A stretch of 64,000 bases of DNA from a virus. The translations under genes were made by a program, and so were the position numbers. The DNA lies in the IMG/VR virus record IMGVR_UViG_3300028534_000016, positions 28,152 to 92,151 of that record; one strand, given 5' to 3'. The notes beneath the pieces are model-generated. The model was not told the origin of the DNA. It ran no database searches and saw only the letters and a program-made list of their open reading frames with translations. Below are positions 10,145 through 20,709 of this stretch, one piece after another. How positions within the stretch are numbered: the stretch's first letter is position 1; each line of letters starts with the position of its first letter.

Positions 10145-11686
10145 TTATACTTTAAATTCTTTTAATTTCTTTAAGTTTTTAATATTCTTAAATTCTTTTA
10201 ATTTTTTTAAAGTAGCTGTTTCAAATAATAAAATACCTAAATCACACATTTTATTAATTGCTTTAGATACTTCACCCATTGTTAAAATCAATATTTTAGC
10301 AGATTTAGATTCATTTATGTAATATGTTTCTATTTTTTCAAATGTATATTCACCATATACATCATCTAATCGATATTGTTCCCAGTATTTTCTTAAACTA
10401 TCGTCAAATAATTCTGGTTTTCTTTTTCTTTTTTCAATTGTTTCACCTATTGTTTTTAACTTATCAAATATAACTAATGCTTCAGTATACTCTATTATAG
10501 TATCTATAGTTTTTTGTATTTTATATGTCTCTTTTTCAAAATCTAATTTAATCCCGTGCAATAATACATCGCTATATTTAGGGAATTTTATGTTATCGAT
10601 ATATTTTTCTGCTTCTTTAATATACCTTGTATTATCGGTATCTATATTTTGAAAAGCTAAAGCTGATTTATCTCCAATATTATATTCATTTAATATAATT
10701 TTATATTCACCAATTGCGTTAGTTAGTGTTATAACACTATTCCCATCTTTATCATGATTAATTATTTTATTTAAATAATTAAAATCGCTTAAAGTACGAT
10801 AATCTCTCTTTACGGAAATAAGTACCATTTCTAAAAAATCTGGAATAGTTTTAGTTAAAGAATCGTATATTCTATCAACTATAATTAATACATCCACATC
10901 ACCATTCTTATCCACTATAACATTAGGAGATAATTCTATTAATCTTTTTTTGTAATTCTCAAAAATTTTACGGATAACATATTTTTTATTATCATCAATA
11001 TACATTTCTGCTTCAAATTTTTCAAAACGCTCCATTATCTCATCCATTTTCGAGGTTACATTAACTGTAGTATTTGTATCTTTTTCTGGTTCTGGAGGAA
11101 TATTTTCTTCAGTAACATTAATACTATAATTAATTACTTCTTCTACATCATTAACATATTCGTTATATTTATTATTTGCTTCTTCTTTAGCTTCCTCATA
11201 TGTCTTATCTGCTTTTTTAGCTTTATTGAAAATCAAATTATATATTTTCTTTAAAAATTTTTTAATTTTTTTAATTAATTTAATAATAGCTTCAATAAGT
11301 GCTTTTCCTATCATTTTTAATTTATCTGTGATTCCTTCTAAAGAAATTTTTATTTCATCAATATCCTCAGTAGAAATAGTTTCATTTTCGATACCTATTA
11401 TGTTATATATATAATTAATGTGTTCTAGTCCAATAACAATTACGTTAGGGTCTATATTATCATTTCCGTTAATATAGATATTTAATTTATTATATACATT
11501 ATCTAATGATTCTTTAGCTAATGTAGCTTCAGTTATCATATTTGAATATTTATCTATCTCATTATCCAGTGTTATTACTTTTAATTCTAATTTATGTAAT
11601 TCTTCGACGCCTATACTTAATTCATTATTTTTCTTTTCCGCATCGATATCTATGATATCGAATATTTTAGTTGTAGCTGTAGATAT
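10145..11686 (-). CDS. phiKZ internal head protein family paralog (probable ATA start at 11686; first ATG at 11539)
   Basis: ISLEGITDKLKMIGKALIEAIIKLIKKIKKFLKK segment; the frame stays open 49 codons upstream of the ATG and includes KIFDII, matching the paralog N-termini. Confidence 0.7.
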   Translation of the reverse strand: MSTATTKIFDIIDIDAEKKNNELSIGVEELHKLELKVITLDNEIDKYSNMITEATLAKESLDNVYNKLNIYINGNDNIDPNVIVIGLEHINYIYNIIGIENETISTEDIDEIKISLEGITDKLKMIGKALIEAIIKLIKKIKKFLKKIYNLIFNKAKKADKTYEEAKEEANNKYNEYVNDVEEVINYSINVTEENIPPEPEKDTNTTVNVTSKMDEIMERFEKFEAEMYIDDNKKYVIRKIFENYKKRLIELSPNVIVDKNGDVDVLIIVDRIYDSLTKTIPDFLEMVLISVKRDYRTLSDFNYLNKIINHDKDGNSVITLTNAIGEYKIILNEYNIGDKSALAFQNIDTDNTRYIKEAEKYIDNIKFPKYSDVLLHGIKLDFEKETYKIQKTIDTIIEYTEALVIFDKLKTIGETIEKRKRKPELFDDSLRKYWEQYRLDDVYGEYTFEKIETYYINESKSAKILILTMGEVSKAINKMCDLGILLFETATLKKLKEFKNIKNLKKLKEFKV

Positions 11687-11741
11687 AAGCTAATCCTTTT
11701 TTTTTTATTCAATAAAGATATGCTAAAAAATAAACAGAAGA

Positions 11742-11773
11742 TAGTTACAGTAGCTTATTAGCTACTGTAACTA
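11742..11773. terminator. hairpin after the major internal-head gene
   Basis: TAGTTACAGTAGC-TTATTA-GCTACTGTAACTA. Confidence 0.7.
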
Positions 11774-11816
11774 GATATGTCGTTAATAAAAGACAAGATT
11801 AAAAGATTAGTAAATA

Positions 11817-13124
11817 CTATTTACCTTCGTCTTCTTCTTTACCTTCTTTTTTCTCTTCACCCATAGCAGCTTGTCCAAGTGTATTAGCTACACTTAAGAT
11901 ACCATTGATATTGTTAAGAGCACCAAGAACAAGATCCATAGCAGCAGAACCAACAATTACATTACCAAATTTAACAACTGGCATGTAAACTTCTTCACCA
12001 TTTTTAGCAGCTTCTTCAACTTTAGCTTCAGCTAGTTTAGTTGTTTCTTCTACTTTACCCATAAATGATTTGATATTTTTAGCAGGTTTAATTACTGCTT
12101 CAGCAATAGCGATGATATCAGTATATTTAACTTCTTCAGTTTTAAATTCTTTACCATCTACAGTTTCAGTTTCAACTTTACAAGTTACTTTAGCGATAAC
12201 TTTAAGAGCTTCTTCTTTAGTAAAATCTTTACCTTCATCAACAGAAGGAACAGATACTACAAGTTTTTTAGCAGTCATAGCTGAAAATTTAACATATGTA
12301 CCACCGAAACCTTTGATGTCTTTTAGTGCGTCAGCAAGTTCTTTACCTTTAACTTCATCACCAAATCCATCAGCAGCTTTTTTGATTCTGTCAGAAAGAC
12401 CTTTAATGCTTGAAGCAATAGCAGTAACCATAGTTGCATTCTCAGCATTATTAGCTACTTGTTTAGCGAATGCAGCATCTAGTTTACCGCCACCAATTTT
12501 AACAACTACAGCACCGATTTTACCTTCAACTTTAGATTTAAGTTTATCATCAAGCTTAACAGTTTTTTCAGCTTCTTTTTCATTTTCTTTAAGTTTAGCA
12601 ACAAGAGCCTCAGCTTTCTTAGCAGAACCATTCATAGCTACTACAGCTTTAGTGTAAAGTTTCTTAAGCATGTTAACAAACTTTTTGAACATAAGCTTGA
12701 TAGTATCAATAGCTTTTTGCATAAAGTTTTCTTTTGCTTCTACAGCAATAGTAAGAGCTTCAGCAGGGTTAGTGTCGATGTCTTCAACAGAGATTCCGTC
12801 TACATCTACTTTTGCTCCAAGGATAGCAGCAGAAGTTTTAAGTGTTTCCATACTAAGGATAACAGTTGCAGTAGTTACTTGTTCTGGTTTAGCAAGAACT
12901 TGTGATTCAACAGCAAGTTGTTTACCAAGACCGTCTACTACAGTTTCAGCAAGAGCGATTGCTTCTTGTCCAACATTGTATTGGTTTTCAATGTCCATAA
13001 TTTCAGCCATAGCTTCTTCAGCTAGGATAAGTTCAGTTGGGTCTAACTCAACAGCAACCACTTCTGGTTGTTTTTCTTCCTCTACAGAAAGATTCACTTG
13101 ATCAAATAATTTCATACCATTCAT
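11817..13124 (-). CDS. abundant internal head protein (phiKZ gp93-like family)
   Basis: 435 aa; LSVEE and ISVED cleavage-like sites; ENFMQKAIDTIKLMFKKFVNMLKKLYTK segment; strong GCT/AAA/GAA codon bias suggests high expression. Confidence 0.75.
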   Translation of the reverse strand: MNGMKLFDQVNLSVEEEKQPEVVAVELDPTELILAEEAMAEIMDIENQYNVGQEAIALAETVVDGLGKQLAVESQVLAKPEQVTTATVILSMETLKTSAAILGAKVDVDGISVEDIDTNPAEALTIAVEAKENFMQKAIDTIKLMFKKFVNMLKKLYTKAVVAMNGSAKKAEALVAKLKENEKEAEKTVKLDDKLKSKVEGKIGAVVVKIGGGKLDAAFAKQVANNAENATMVTAIASSIKGLSDRIKKAADGFGDEVKGKELADALKDIKGFGGTYVKFSAMTAKKLVVSVPSVDEGKDFTKEEALKVIAKVTCKVETETVDGKEFKTEEVKYTDIIAIAEAVIKPAKNIKSFMGKVEETTKLAEAKVEEAAKNGEEVYMPVVKFGNVIVGSAAMDLVLGALNNINGILSVANTLGQAAMGEEKKEGKEEDEGK

Positions 13125-13277
13125 TAGTATTTCCTTTTATAGTGTTATGTATCGTGCACGAAACACAGTTTATTTTAAGTTAGGATTTAATAACATGTTA
13201 TCTTCCATATCGTTATACACAATATAGCACCAACGACGCTCCTATTGGCGCCGCGAAGTTATAACTAGAGTTTCGTG

Positions 13278-14153
13278 CTACTCTTCTTCATATCTAGCAA
13301 TCTGATATTCTATCTTAGCTATTTTGTTCTCATAGTATTCTATTCGTTTAGCTAATTTAGGATTATCTTCTTGCTTTTGTTTTAATTTAAGCTCTAATAA
13401 CTTAAGCTCAATTAACTTCTTTTTATCTTTAAGTAATTCATACTTAGCAATATCTCTATCAACTAACCACATTCTAATATGGTAAATAGGATTACCATTA
13501 AAGTTGTTAGTATCGACAGTATCAATAGTGCTTCCTTTTTTAGAAAGTAACTTCTCAAGGAATGGTATCTTTTTAGGTTCAACATTAATTAAATCATCAC
13601 TGAGCTTAGTAATGTTATCTAATTGTTTAGAGAAATCTCTACTAAATTGTTTTAAGATATTAGCGTATGTAGGAATACTATCTTGAATCTCTTTAAGTCT
13701 AGCTTTTGTTAAATCAGTACTAGTACTATCTCCCTTTAAAAGAATAACATATAAGATATCGTTAGTATACATAGTAATGATGTTAATATCGTTTACTAGT
13801 TTAATAATAGCAGCATCTTTAACTGTAGCCGTTTTGTCTGTAACAATATCATTAAGTTCATCATTAACTAAAGATTCGATTTTCTTAGAGAATTTATTTA
13901 CGTTATTGAGAATACCTTTAATTTTAACTAAAGTATCTCTTCCTGTTCCTTTTACACCTAACAACATAGTTAAGCGTTTAAGTACTTGGTTATTATCTAA
14001 AGTATCTTTAGTACTATCTTTAATAACAGCATCTAGTGTCGGTAGTACAGTATTATTTAAACTATCTAAAGTTTCGTCAATAACAGTTACTACATCCTCT
14101 TTTTTAATAGTGTGATTTAATTTATCAAAATAATCTATTAAGTTTTTTAACAT
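13278..14153 (-). CDS. major head protein, phiKZ gp90-like
   Basis: 291 aa; GNPIYHIRMWL...IELKLLEL...IEYYENKI motif; synteny. Confidence 0.65.
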   Translation of the reverse strand: MLKNLIDYFDKLNHTIKKEDVVTVIDETLDSLNNTVLPTLDAVIKDSTKDTLDNNQVLKRLTMLLGVKGTGRDTLVKIKGILNNVNKFSKKIESLVNDELNDIVTDKTATVKDAAIIKLVNDINIITMYTNDILYVILLKGDSTSTDLTKARLKEIQDSIPTYANILKQFSRDFSKQLDNITKLSDDLINVEPKKIPFLEKLLSKKGSTIDTVDTNNFNGNPIYHIRMWLVDRDIAKYELLKDKKKLIELKLLELKLKQKQEDNPKLAKRIEYYENKIAKIEYQIARYEEE

Positions 14154-14161
14154 AATGGTCC

Positions 14162-15301
14162 TTATATAACTGGTGGTCTACCAGAGAGTAGTGCTTTAAA
14201 AATTTCTGAATAATCATTAGTACTTGCTTTACGTTTTGTGAGTGACTTATAACTTACATCAGTATACCCGTGTAAATCTTTAATAAAGATAGCTACACGC
14301 TCATAGTCTCTATCTATAACAGTAACCATAAGAGAAGAGAATCTTTCTAACAAGTCTTCTTTGTACTTATCTTTATTAAGTTTACCTCTTAATGCTTTCT
14401 CAATAAGAATTTTATCTTCTTCACTAATGATAAGCATATTATAATATCTTTCAAAACCAGCCGCACCTGATGTCGCTGCAGTAATATTACTAGATGAACG
14501 TTTACTATCGATAATCTCTAAAAGACTATCTTTATCTTTAAGTTTGTTCTTCTTATATTTTTTAATAAGGTCACTAGCAAATAACAAATCTGTTAAAGTG
14601 ATACTTCCAGCTCTGTACTCATCTACTCTTTCCCAAAAATCATTATCTTTACTATGTGTATCTAATACTGTCATAATATTACTAATAGGAGTATAGACTA
14701 CATTAAGTTTAATAAGTACAGGAACAGTAATAGTATATGAATTACCATCTTTAACTACTCTAAGTGTTAAATTAAGTTCTCTTTGAATAGCACCAGGAAT
14801 AGTTTTGTATAGGTCATTATCAACAACACTTGTTGATCTACCAGTTCTATCTTTTGCTTCAGTACTTAACGTTGGTAGTTTATCAGACTTAAATAATTCA
14901 CCAACATAATCAATTTCAATATCTTCATGGTTGAGCACATAACTGTTAGCTGCTTTAAAGATACTGTTATTAGTAGAGAGTAAATCAATAGCCATAGTAC
15001 CTTCTAACCCGTGTAAATTTGTCATAATGTCAAATACTTGCATGTAAAAAGATGCAAACATATCAGCTTCTAACTCTAATACTTTTTCAGTTACTTCTTC
15101 ATTCTTTAAAGAATCACTAATAATAGCTGTTGGTTCAACTATGAATTTATTTAAGAACTTAATCATAGACCCGCCACTAAGTGCTACATTGATTTTGTTC
15201 TTATTGTCATTGAGGTGTTTTTTCATATCCTCACCGTTATCGTATGCTTTGATAGCTCCAAGAGCTAGACTTATACCAGCTAATAATGTTCCTGCTGCCA
15301 T
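14162..15301 (-). CDS. major head protein, phiKZ gp89-like
   Basis: 379 aa; VEPTAIIS, EYRAGSITLTDLLFASDLIKKYKK motif, LSTEA site; synteny. Confidence 0.65.
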   Translation of the reverse strand: MAAGTLLAGISLALGAIKAYDNGEDMKKHLNDNKNKINVALSGGSMIKFLNKFIVEPTAIISDSLKNEEVTEKVLELEADMFASFYMQVFDIMTNLHGLEGTMAIDLLSTNNSIFKAANSYVLNHEDIEIDYVGELFKSDKLPTLSTEAKDRTGRSTSVVDNDLYKTIPGAIQRELNLTLRVVKDGNSYTITVPVLIKLNVVYTPISNIMTVLDTHSKDNDFWERVDEYRAGSITLTDLLFASDLIKKYKKNKLKDKDSLLEIIDSKRSSSNITAATSGAAGFERYYNMLIISEEDKILIEKALRGKLNKDKYKEDLLERFSSLMVTVIDRDYERVAIFIKDLHGYTDVSYKSLTKRKASTNDYSEIFKALLSGRPPVI

Positions 15302-15432
15302 TACTTCTCCTATTTTCTCTTTAATATATTTTTAAAATATGTTAGTCGCACAATATATGCTTAAATATCAATTAATATGGTATATCTATTAAAAGCCATT
15401 TTTAATTGATTAAACATAGGAAGGAATAATCT

Positions 15433-16509
15433 ATGACAGAACAGATAGCAGATATTAATAATATAGATACTTTAGATGAATTTTTAGAGTTAACACAACC
15501 TATTGGTAGTGTTGAAAAAGCTTTATCAAATAACTTATACGGTATTAACCACCAACAAACAAAATCAGTTTTACAAGAGAACAGAGATAGTTATGGATAT
15601 GTATTCTTTACAAGACCGCAACTTAATATGTCGTCTCCTAACTTAAGAAACATTAGACAAATGTATTCGTTATTAACAAACAATCCTTTAACTATACAAA
15701 GATTTGTAAGAAATACATTAGACCCTAGATTAGCTAGAGGAATTGGTCCTGAGTTATTAAAGACTCCGCTAGTAGATGATATGAACGGTTTCATTCCTGT
15801 ACTCACTAACAATATTAAAAATATGAGCGGGTGGCCTGATATAGTTGCACCTACATATACTTCAGCACAAGGTGTTCGTAAAGAACAATGGAGTATTGTA
15901 GATGGTGCTATTGAAATTTATGATAGTTTTGATTTAGACTGTACTTTCCGTAATGTTAAAAATGAACCTATTATTATGTTAATGCAAACTTGGTTATTAT
16001 ATATGGCTAAAGTATTTGAAGGAATGATGTCTCCTTATTTAGATATGATTGCTGCTAATGAGATAGACTATAATACTAGAATATATAGATTAGTAATGGA
16101 TGAATCTAAAAGGTACGTCACTAAGATAGCTGCAACTGGAGCTAGTTTTCCTATTAATGTTCCGGTAGGTAAATTCTTTGATTTCTCTTCTGAGAATAAA
16201 TACAATTTACAAACTAAAGATATCAATATTAGATTCAAATGTAATGGTGCCATGTATAATGATGATATTCTCGTAAAAGAGTTTAACGAAGTAAGTGCTA
16301 TTTTTAATGGTGACGTTAGACGAATGTTGAATGGACAAGTACATAACTTAGAAGTAATACCGCATAATTTACTCAACATATTCAACCATAGAGGTTATCC
16401 TATTATTAATACTGATACCTATGAACTAAATTGGTATATTAGTAAAAGCAGTAATGCTTACAGAGATTTATTAAAATTAAAAGATGAGGAACAATATAAT
16501 GTTAACTAA
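15433..16509 (+). CDS. virion structural protein, phiKZ gp88-like
   Basis: 358 aa; GINHQQT and GYVFFTRPQLNMS motifs; divergent from the gp89-like gene. Confidence 0.65.
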   Translation: MTEQIADINNIDTLDEFLELTQPIGSVEKALSNNLYGINHQQTKSVLQENRDSYGYVFFTRPQLNMSSPNLRNIRQMYSLLTNNPLTIQRFVRNTLDPRLARGIGPELLKTPLVDDMNGFIPVLTNNIKNMSGWPDIVAPTYTSAQGVRKEQWSIVDGAIEIYDSFDLDCTFRNVKNEPIIMLMQTWLLYMAKVFEGMMSPYLDMIAANEIDYNTRIYRLVMDESKRYVTKIAATGASFPINVPVGKFFDFSSENKYNLQTKDINIRFKCNGAMYNDDILVKEFNEVSAIFNGDVRRMLNGQVHNLEVIPHNLLNIFNHRGYPIINTDTYELNWYISKSSNAYRDLLKLKDEEQYNVN

Positions 16510-19348
16510 AGAAGATATATCAAAATACATATATGACCCTAATAGCATACAAAATTATGTATTAGACAGTATAGAACAAACACTAACTGAACCAATAGAC
16601 ATAGTAGATCCTACTAATCCATTTACAATGTTATTAGAAGCTTCAGTAGTTACGCCTAGTAGTGCTGTTATTGAAACACAAAATGGTATGCGTAGAATGT
16701 ATCCTAACTTATCTGTTTCTAAAGAAGATTTATATCCGCACTTAACAGATGATGTAGTCGCTAATATGTTCGCTGTTCCTAGCGAAGCAAATATTGTATT
16801 TTACATTAACATTTTAGATTTAAAACAAAATGGTTATCGCCCTATTGATGCAGATTATGTAGAAATGGTTTTACCGGAGTTTACAGAAGTAACAGTAGTT
16901 AATACCACATTTACATTGCTTAACGATATTAATGTAAGACTATATGATAATGGTTCTATTTTTATAGAGCAACAAATTAGTCCTAACGATATCGGTATTA
17001 ACGATATTAGTATTTTAAACGGTGTTATCACTACTGGTGCAGATGGTGACTCATGGATACTTTTTGAAACGAAAGTTAAACAAGTAAAACGAATAGTACA
17101 TAATGATACAGTTATGGCTTCTGAAGGATATTCTGTAAATATCGCTTTAACAGATCAATATTTCTATATAGATGTCATGTATAAAAATGCTGATACTAAT
17201 AATGAGTATGTGCAACTTAAAAGATTACATGATGATGCGTATATTGATCCCTATACACCAACAGCGATTATTAAAGAAATTGACGGAGGAGTTAATGTAA
17301 CTATTCCTGATGTTTATTTATATTCAGGATTGGTAAGTGGTAATATTGAAATAGTTGTTTATGAAACAAAAGGTAAATTATATTTACCTATTAATAACTA
17401 TGTATTAGAAGATTATAATTTAGTTTTAGGTAATACTGGTAAAACTACTGCCAGTGCTGTTTCTCCGAATATTACAATACTAGCAAATAGCAGGTATGTT
17501 GTAGATGGTGGTGCTGATTCATTATCTTTCGAAGATATGCGTGAAGCAGTTATTTATAATAGTACAGGCGATATTGATTTACCTATAACAGATTACCAAC
17601 TTAAACGTAAAGCTACTTTTAATGGATTTGAACTTTTTAAAGCTATGGATGTTATTACTAATAGAACATTTATTGCTTCCAAAAACACTACAGCATTTCA
17701 AACTAACGCAGTAAATGCTAGAGCAGATATATTTAATAATACTACAAGAGTTATCTTAGCTGATCTAGTAACGAATAATAATGTTTATATAGATGACGAT
17801 ATTTTTATTATTAAATCAGGAACACTATTTAAAGAAGATAATGGTGTAGTTACTATTTTAGATAATAATGAAGTAGCATATATTAATAGTTTAGATAGCT
17901 TAGGTAAAACTACTTATTTTAAAGATAAACGTATTTTTTATACTCCGTTTTATTATATCTTAGATAAAATATCCGATATCGTTACTAGTAGAGTATACGA
18001 TCTAGATAATCCTGTTATGGAAAATATACGCATCTTAGATAAAAATGTTAATATTAAACAACGTGTTAATATTGATAAATATCTATTAGAAAAAGTAGAT
18101 ACAGGTTACAAAATAACTATCTTACCAATATTGGATAGTAATTTTTCTGATATTGATCTAAACAGTTTAAAGATGCAGTTAAGATTAAGCATTGTAGATA
18201 GTGAAGAATATGTTTATTTTCAAGGTAGTTATGATACAGTTACCGGATATATCGTTTTTAATATAGACACTAACTTTTACATAAATGAAAAAGGATATTT
18301 ACCATTAAGTAATGGTGTTTCTAATATTAGTAATCGGGTTATCGATATTCATAGTGAAGCTATTTTTCATTTTTACTTAGAAAACACTAATATTGTAGAT
18401 GAATTACAATTCTTACGTAATGAAGTCAGTATAAATTCAGATATCGTAGTACTTACTAAAGAAAGAGCTGATTTAACTTTAGGTAACGAATTAAAATACT
18501 TATGGAATAAAATACATAACGAATACAGTGAAAGGTTATATCTTAAATATACAGAAGATGTACCACTACTATACGATAAAGATATATACGAAGAGAATCC
18601 TGAAACTGGAGCTATCTTTGATGTAGTTGAAACTGAAGACGGGAAAACTTTGGTATATAATAAAATTCATTCTGAGGGTGATCCGGTATTAGATGCTGAT
18701 GGTAATCCTGTTTATAAATACAAAACTGGTGACATAGTTATTGGTGAAGATGGTTTACCGGTTATAGACCAAATGAATGGAATTATAAGATATATAGATA
18801 TCTTAATGATTGAAGCAGAGTATAAAGTAGCTAATACACTTATACATAAGAACTATTTAGAACTACTAATGGATACTATTAAAAATTGGTTATTGGTAGA
18901 AATGCAAGATTTAAATAACGATACATTGGAAAATACTATTATCTTATTTAAGTCGTATAAATCATCATTGCCTATTAAGGTCAATGTAAATAATGTTACA
19001 TATAGTACTAATTATAGCATATCACCAAATGTAACACTATATAGTATTCGTAATGATTATAGTTTAGAAGAGATAAGTGCTATGAAAGTTACTGTAGGTA
19101 ATATAGTACACGACCAATTAGATACTGTAGAGATTAAGTTATCTGAAATTAAAGATAAAATTATTGCTGCATTAGGTAATGATATAGTGGGTGTTAAGAT
19201 TACTGGATTAGATAGTATAGGAGACTTAGAGGTATTTACTATTAATGATAAAGCTACTCGTTTAGTTATGAATAAACATTTAGTTGTTAATCCTAATAAT
19301 GAATTAATTGTAGAATATGATTTAACTTTAAATATCCAAAAAGTATAA
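16499..19348 (+). CDS. large virion protein, phiKZ gp87-like (probable baseplate wedge)
   Basis: About 950 aa; VDPTNPFTMLLEAS and YPNLSVSKEDLYPHL motifs; ATG at 16499 follows GAGGA SD. Confidence 0.65.
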   Translation: MLTKEDISKYIYDPNSIQNYVLDSIEQTLTEPIDIVDPTNPFTMLLEASVVTPSSAVIETQNGMRRMYPNLSVSKEDLYPHLTDDVVANMFAVPSEANIVFYINILDLKQNGYRPIDADYVEMVLPEFTEVTVVNTTFTLLNDINVRLYDNGSIFIEQQISPNDIGINDISILNGVITTGADGDSWILFETKVKQVKRIVHNDTVMASEGYSVNIALTDQYFYIDVMYKNADTNNEYVQLKRLHDDAYIDPYTPTAIIKEIDGGVNVTIPDVYLYSGLVSGNIEIVVYETKGKLYLPINNYVLEDYNLVLGNTGKTTASAVSPNITILANSRYVVDGGADSLSFEDMREAVIYNSTGDIDLPITDYQLKRKATFNGFELFKAMDVITNRTFIASKNTTAFQTNAVNARADIFNNTTRVILADLVTNNNVYIDDDIFIIKSGTLFKEDNGVVTILDNNEVAYINSLDSLGKTTYFKDKRIFYTPFYYILDKISDIVTSRVYDLDNPVMENIRILDKNVNIKQRVNIDKYLLEKVDTGYKITILPILDSNFSDIDLNSLKMQLRLSIVDSEEYVYFQGSYDTVTGYIVFNIDTNFYINEKGYLPLSNGVSNISNRVIDIHSEAIFHFYLENTNIVDELQFLRNEVSINSDIVVLTKERADLTLGNELKYLWNKIHNEYSERLYLKYTEDVPLLYDKDIYEENPETGAIFDVVETEDGKTLVYNKIHSEGDPVLDADGNPVYKYKTGDIVIGEDGLPVIDQMNGIIRYIDILMIEAEYKVANTLIHKNYLELLMDTIKNWLLVEMQDLNNDTLENTIILFKSYKSSLPIKVNVNNVTYSTNYSISPNVTLYSIRNDYSLEEISAMKVTVGNIVHDQLDTVEIKLSEIKDKIIAALGNDIVGVKITGLDSIGDLEVFTINDKATRLVMNKHLVVNPNNELIVEYDLTLNIQKV

Positions 19349-19353
19349 CATAG

Positions 19354-19385
19354 TAACTAGTATGGACAATTGTCCATACTAGTTA
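19354..19385. terminator. perfect 32-bp palindrome between convergent genes
   Basis: TAACTAGTATGGACAATTGTCCATACTAGTTA. Confidence 0.75.
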
Positions 19386-20273
19386 TTTAATATCTAAACT
19401 AACTGTGTTTAATACTAATCTACTCATTCTACAATCTAATATACTTCGTAATTCGGTATACATTTTATGTAAACGCTTAGTATTCTTAAAAGAAAGATAT
19501 TCGTTAGTATCTAGGTATCTGTATTGTGAAAATAACATTTCTTTAAATACTTCCATATTTTGTCTATGTTTACTTATATCGTTAACTAAAGCAACAACAT
19601 CACCTACTGTATAATATTTAACTTCACCTTTAATAAGTGCTGTCGGATTAAAATCATCTACATCAAAGTTATTTAAGAAGTCAAGAGTTTTAAGGAAAAC
19701 CATTTCATAAGTCATCTCTTTTTCAGTTAACTCTCTTCTAATTTCTTCATTAATTTGTGGTGATAATAATACATCAGCATCACGATAATTGAGTATGAAA
19801 TCAATAATATTGATGTCATTAATAGTAACTAAATCATTAGATTCACTATACACTTTTAAATCTGCTTCTAAACGTTTTAGTTTTTCAATATCCATAAGTC
19901 GTTCTATGTTTATAAAGCTATTAATAAGTTCATTAGTTACATTAAGAACCTTATGAAAATCTTCTTTAATGGTATACATATCGATAACTTCATCTGTTTT
20001 TAATTCTATATTAGAGAGTAAGTTATCTAAATGTTTGTTAAGATCATTAACGCCAGCTTTACTAGCTTGTTCAGAAAACATATTAGGATAAAGAGTATCT
20101 GTAATAATAGTATCTGCTAAGAATTCTTCTAACGCTAATACTTCATGTTTACTAACAACACCATTATTATTTAACTTTTCTTTAAATTCTTTAAGGTGTT
20201 CTACTTTAACAGGGTCTTCTAAAACTGAAGACTCTGTTTTATCTTTTGGTTCATTTTCTATATTAAAAGACAT
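19383..20273 (-). CDS. virion protein, phiKZ gp86-like
   Basis: About 296 aa; ATG at 20273 after AAGGA; GVVSKHEVLALEE and FSEQASKAG pattern. Confidence 0.5.
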   Translation of the reverse strand: MSFNIENEPKDKTESSVLEDPVKVEHLKEFKEKLNNNGVVSKHEVLALEEFLADTIITDTLYPNMFSEQASKAGVNDLNKHLDNLLSNIELKTDEVIDMYTIKEDFHKVLNVTNELINSFINIERLMDIEKLKRLEADLKVYSESNDLVTINDINIIDFILNYRDADVLLSPQINEEIRRELTEKEMTYEMVFLKTLDFLNNFDVDDFNPTALIKGEVKYYTVGDVVALVNDISKHRQNMEVFKEMLFSQYRYLDTNEYLSFKNTKRLHKMYTELRSILDCRMSRLVLNTVSLDIK

Positions 20274-20274
20274 A

Positions 20275-20709
20275 TTACATTCCTTGTTTATATGTTTGCT
20301 CATACCATACATTAAATGCAGCAGCAGCTGAGTTAAAGATTAAGATATTGTTATTAATGTTTTTTATATCTTCTGTTGTAAAATAATTTGGGTACTTAAA
20401 TAAATCACCAAACTCTTTAGCTGTAAATGCAACACTAGGATTCTTTCTAGTATTTTCAATCTTAATAGAAACCATATCAAGAATTGTTTTCTTAAGTAAA
20501 TCATAATCTACAATAGCTAATTCTACAATAGGGTCTAAGATATTAGCCAACTTAAGTCTGATTCTATTAGTGGTAAGTTCTTTACTCTCTTCTGTTACTA
20601 AATCTTCTGCTAGGATATATCCGATAGCAGTATAGATTACTTTACGTTGTGATGTTTCGCTAGTATTAAGTACGTTAGCTAGTTTAATACTGTTTTTATT
20701 TAAATTCAT
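20275..20709 (-). CDS. hypothetical protein
   Basis: 144-aa ORF, stop/start coupled to its neighbours. Confidence 0.65.
   Translation of the reverse strand: MNLNKNSIKLANVLNTSETSQRKVIYTAIGYILAEDLVTEESKELTTNRIRLKLANILDPIVELAIVDYDLLKKTILDMVSIKIENTRKNPSVAFTAKEFGDLFKYPNYFTTEDIKNINNNILIFNSAAAAFNVWYEQTYKQGM

Noticed and set aside
10151-10211. Short duplication giving LKKLKEFK twice at a C-terminus
   Set aside because: Real but trivial; probably replication slippage in an AT-rich tract
12070-13101. Long antisense ORFs (also 6916-7437, 42607-42966, 53937-54491, 54981-55472 and others)
   Set aside because: Shadows of strongly codon-biased genes on the opposite strand; S/L/T-rich, no SD
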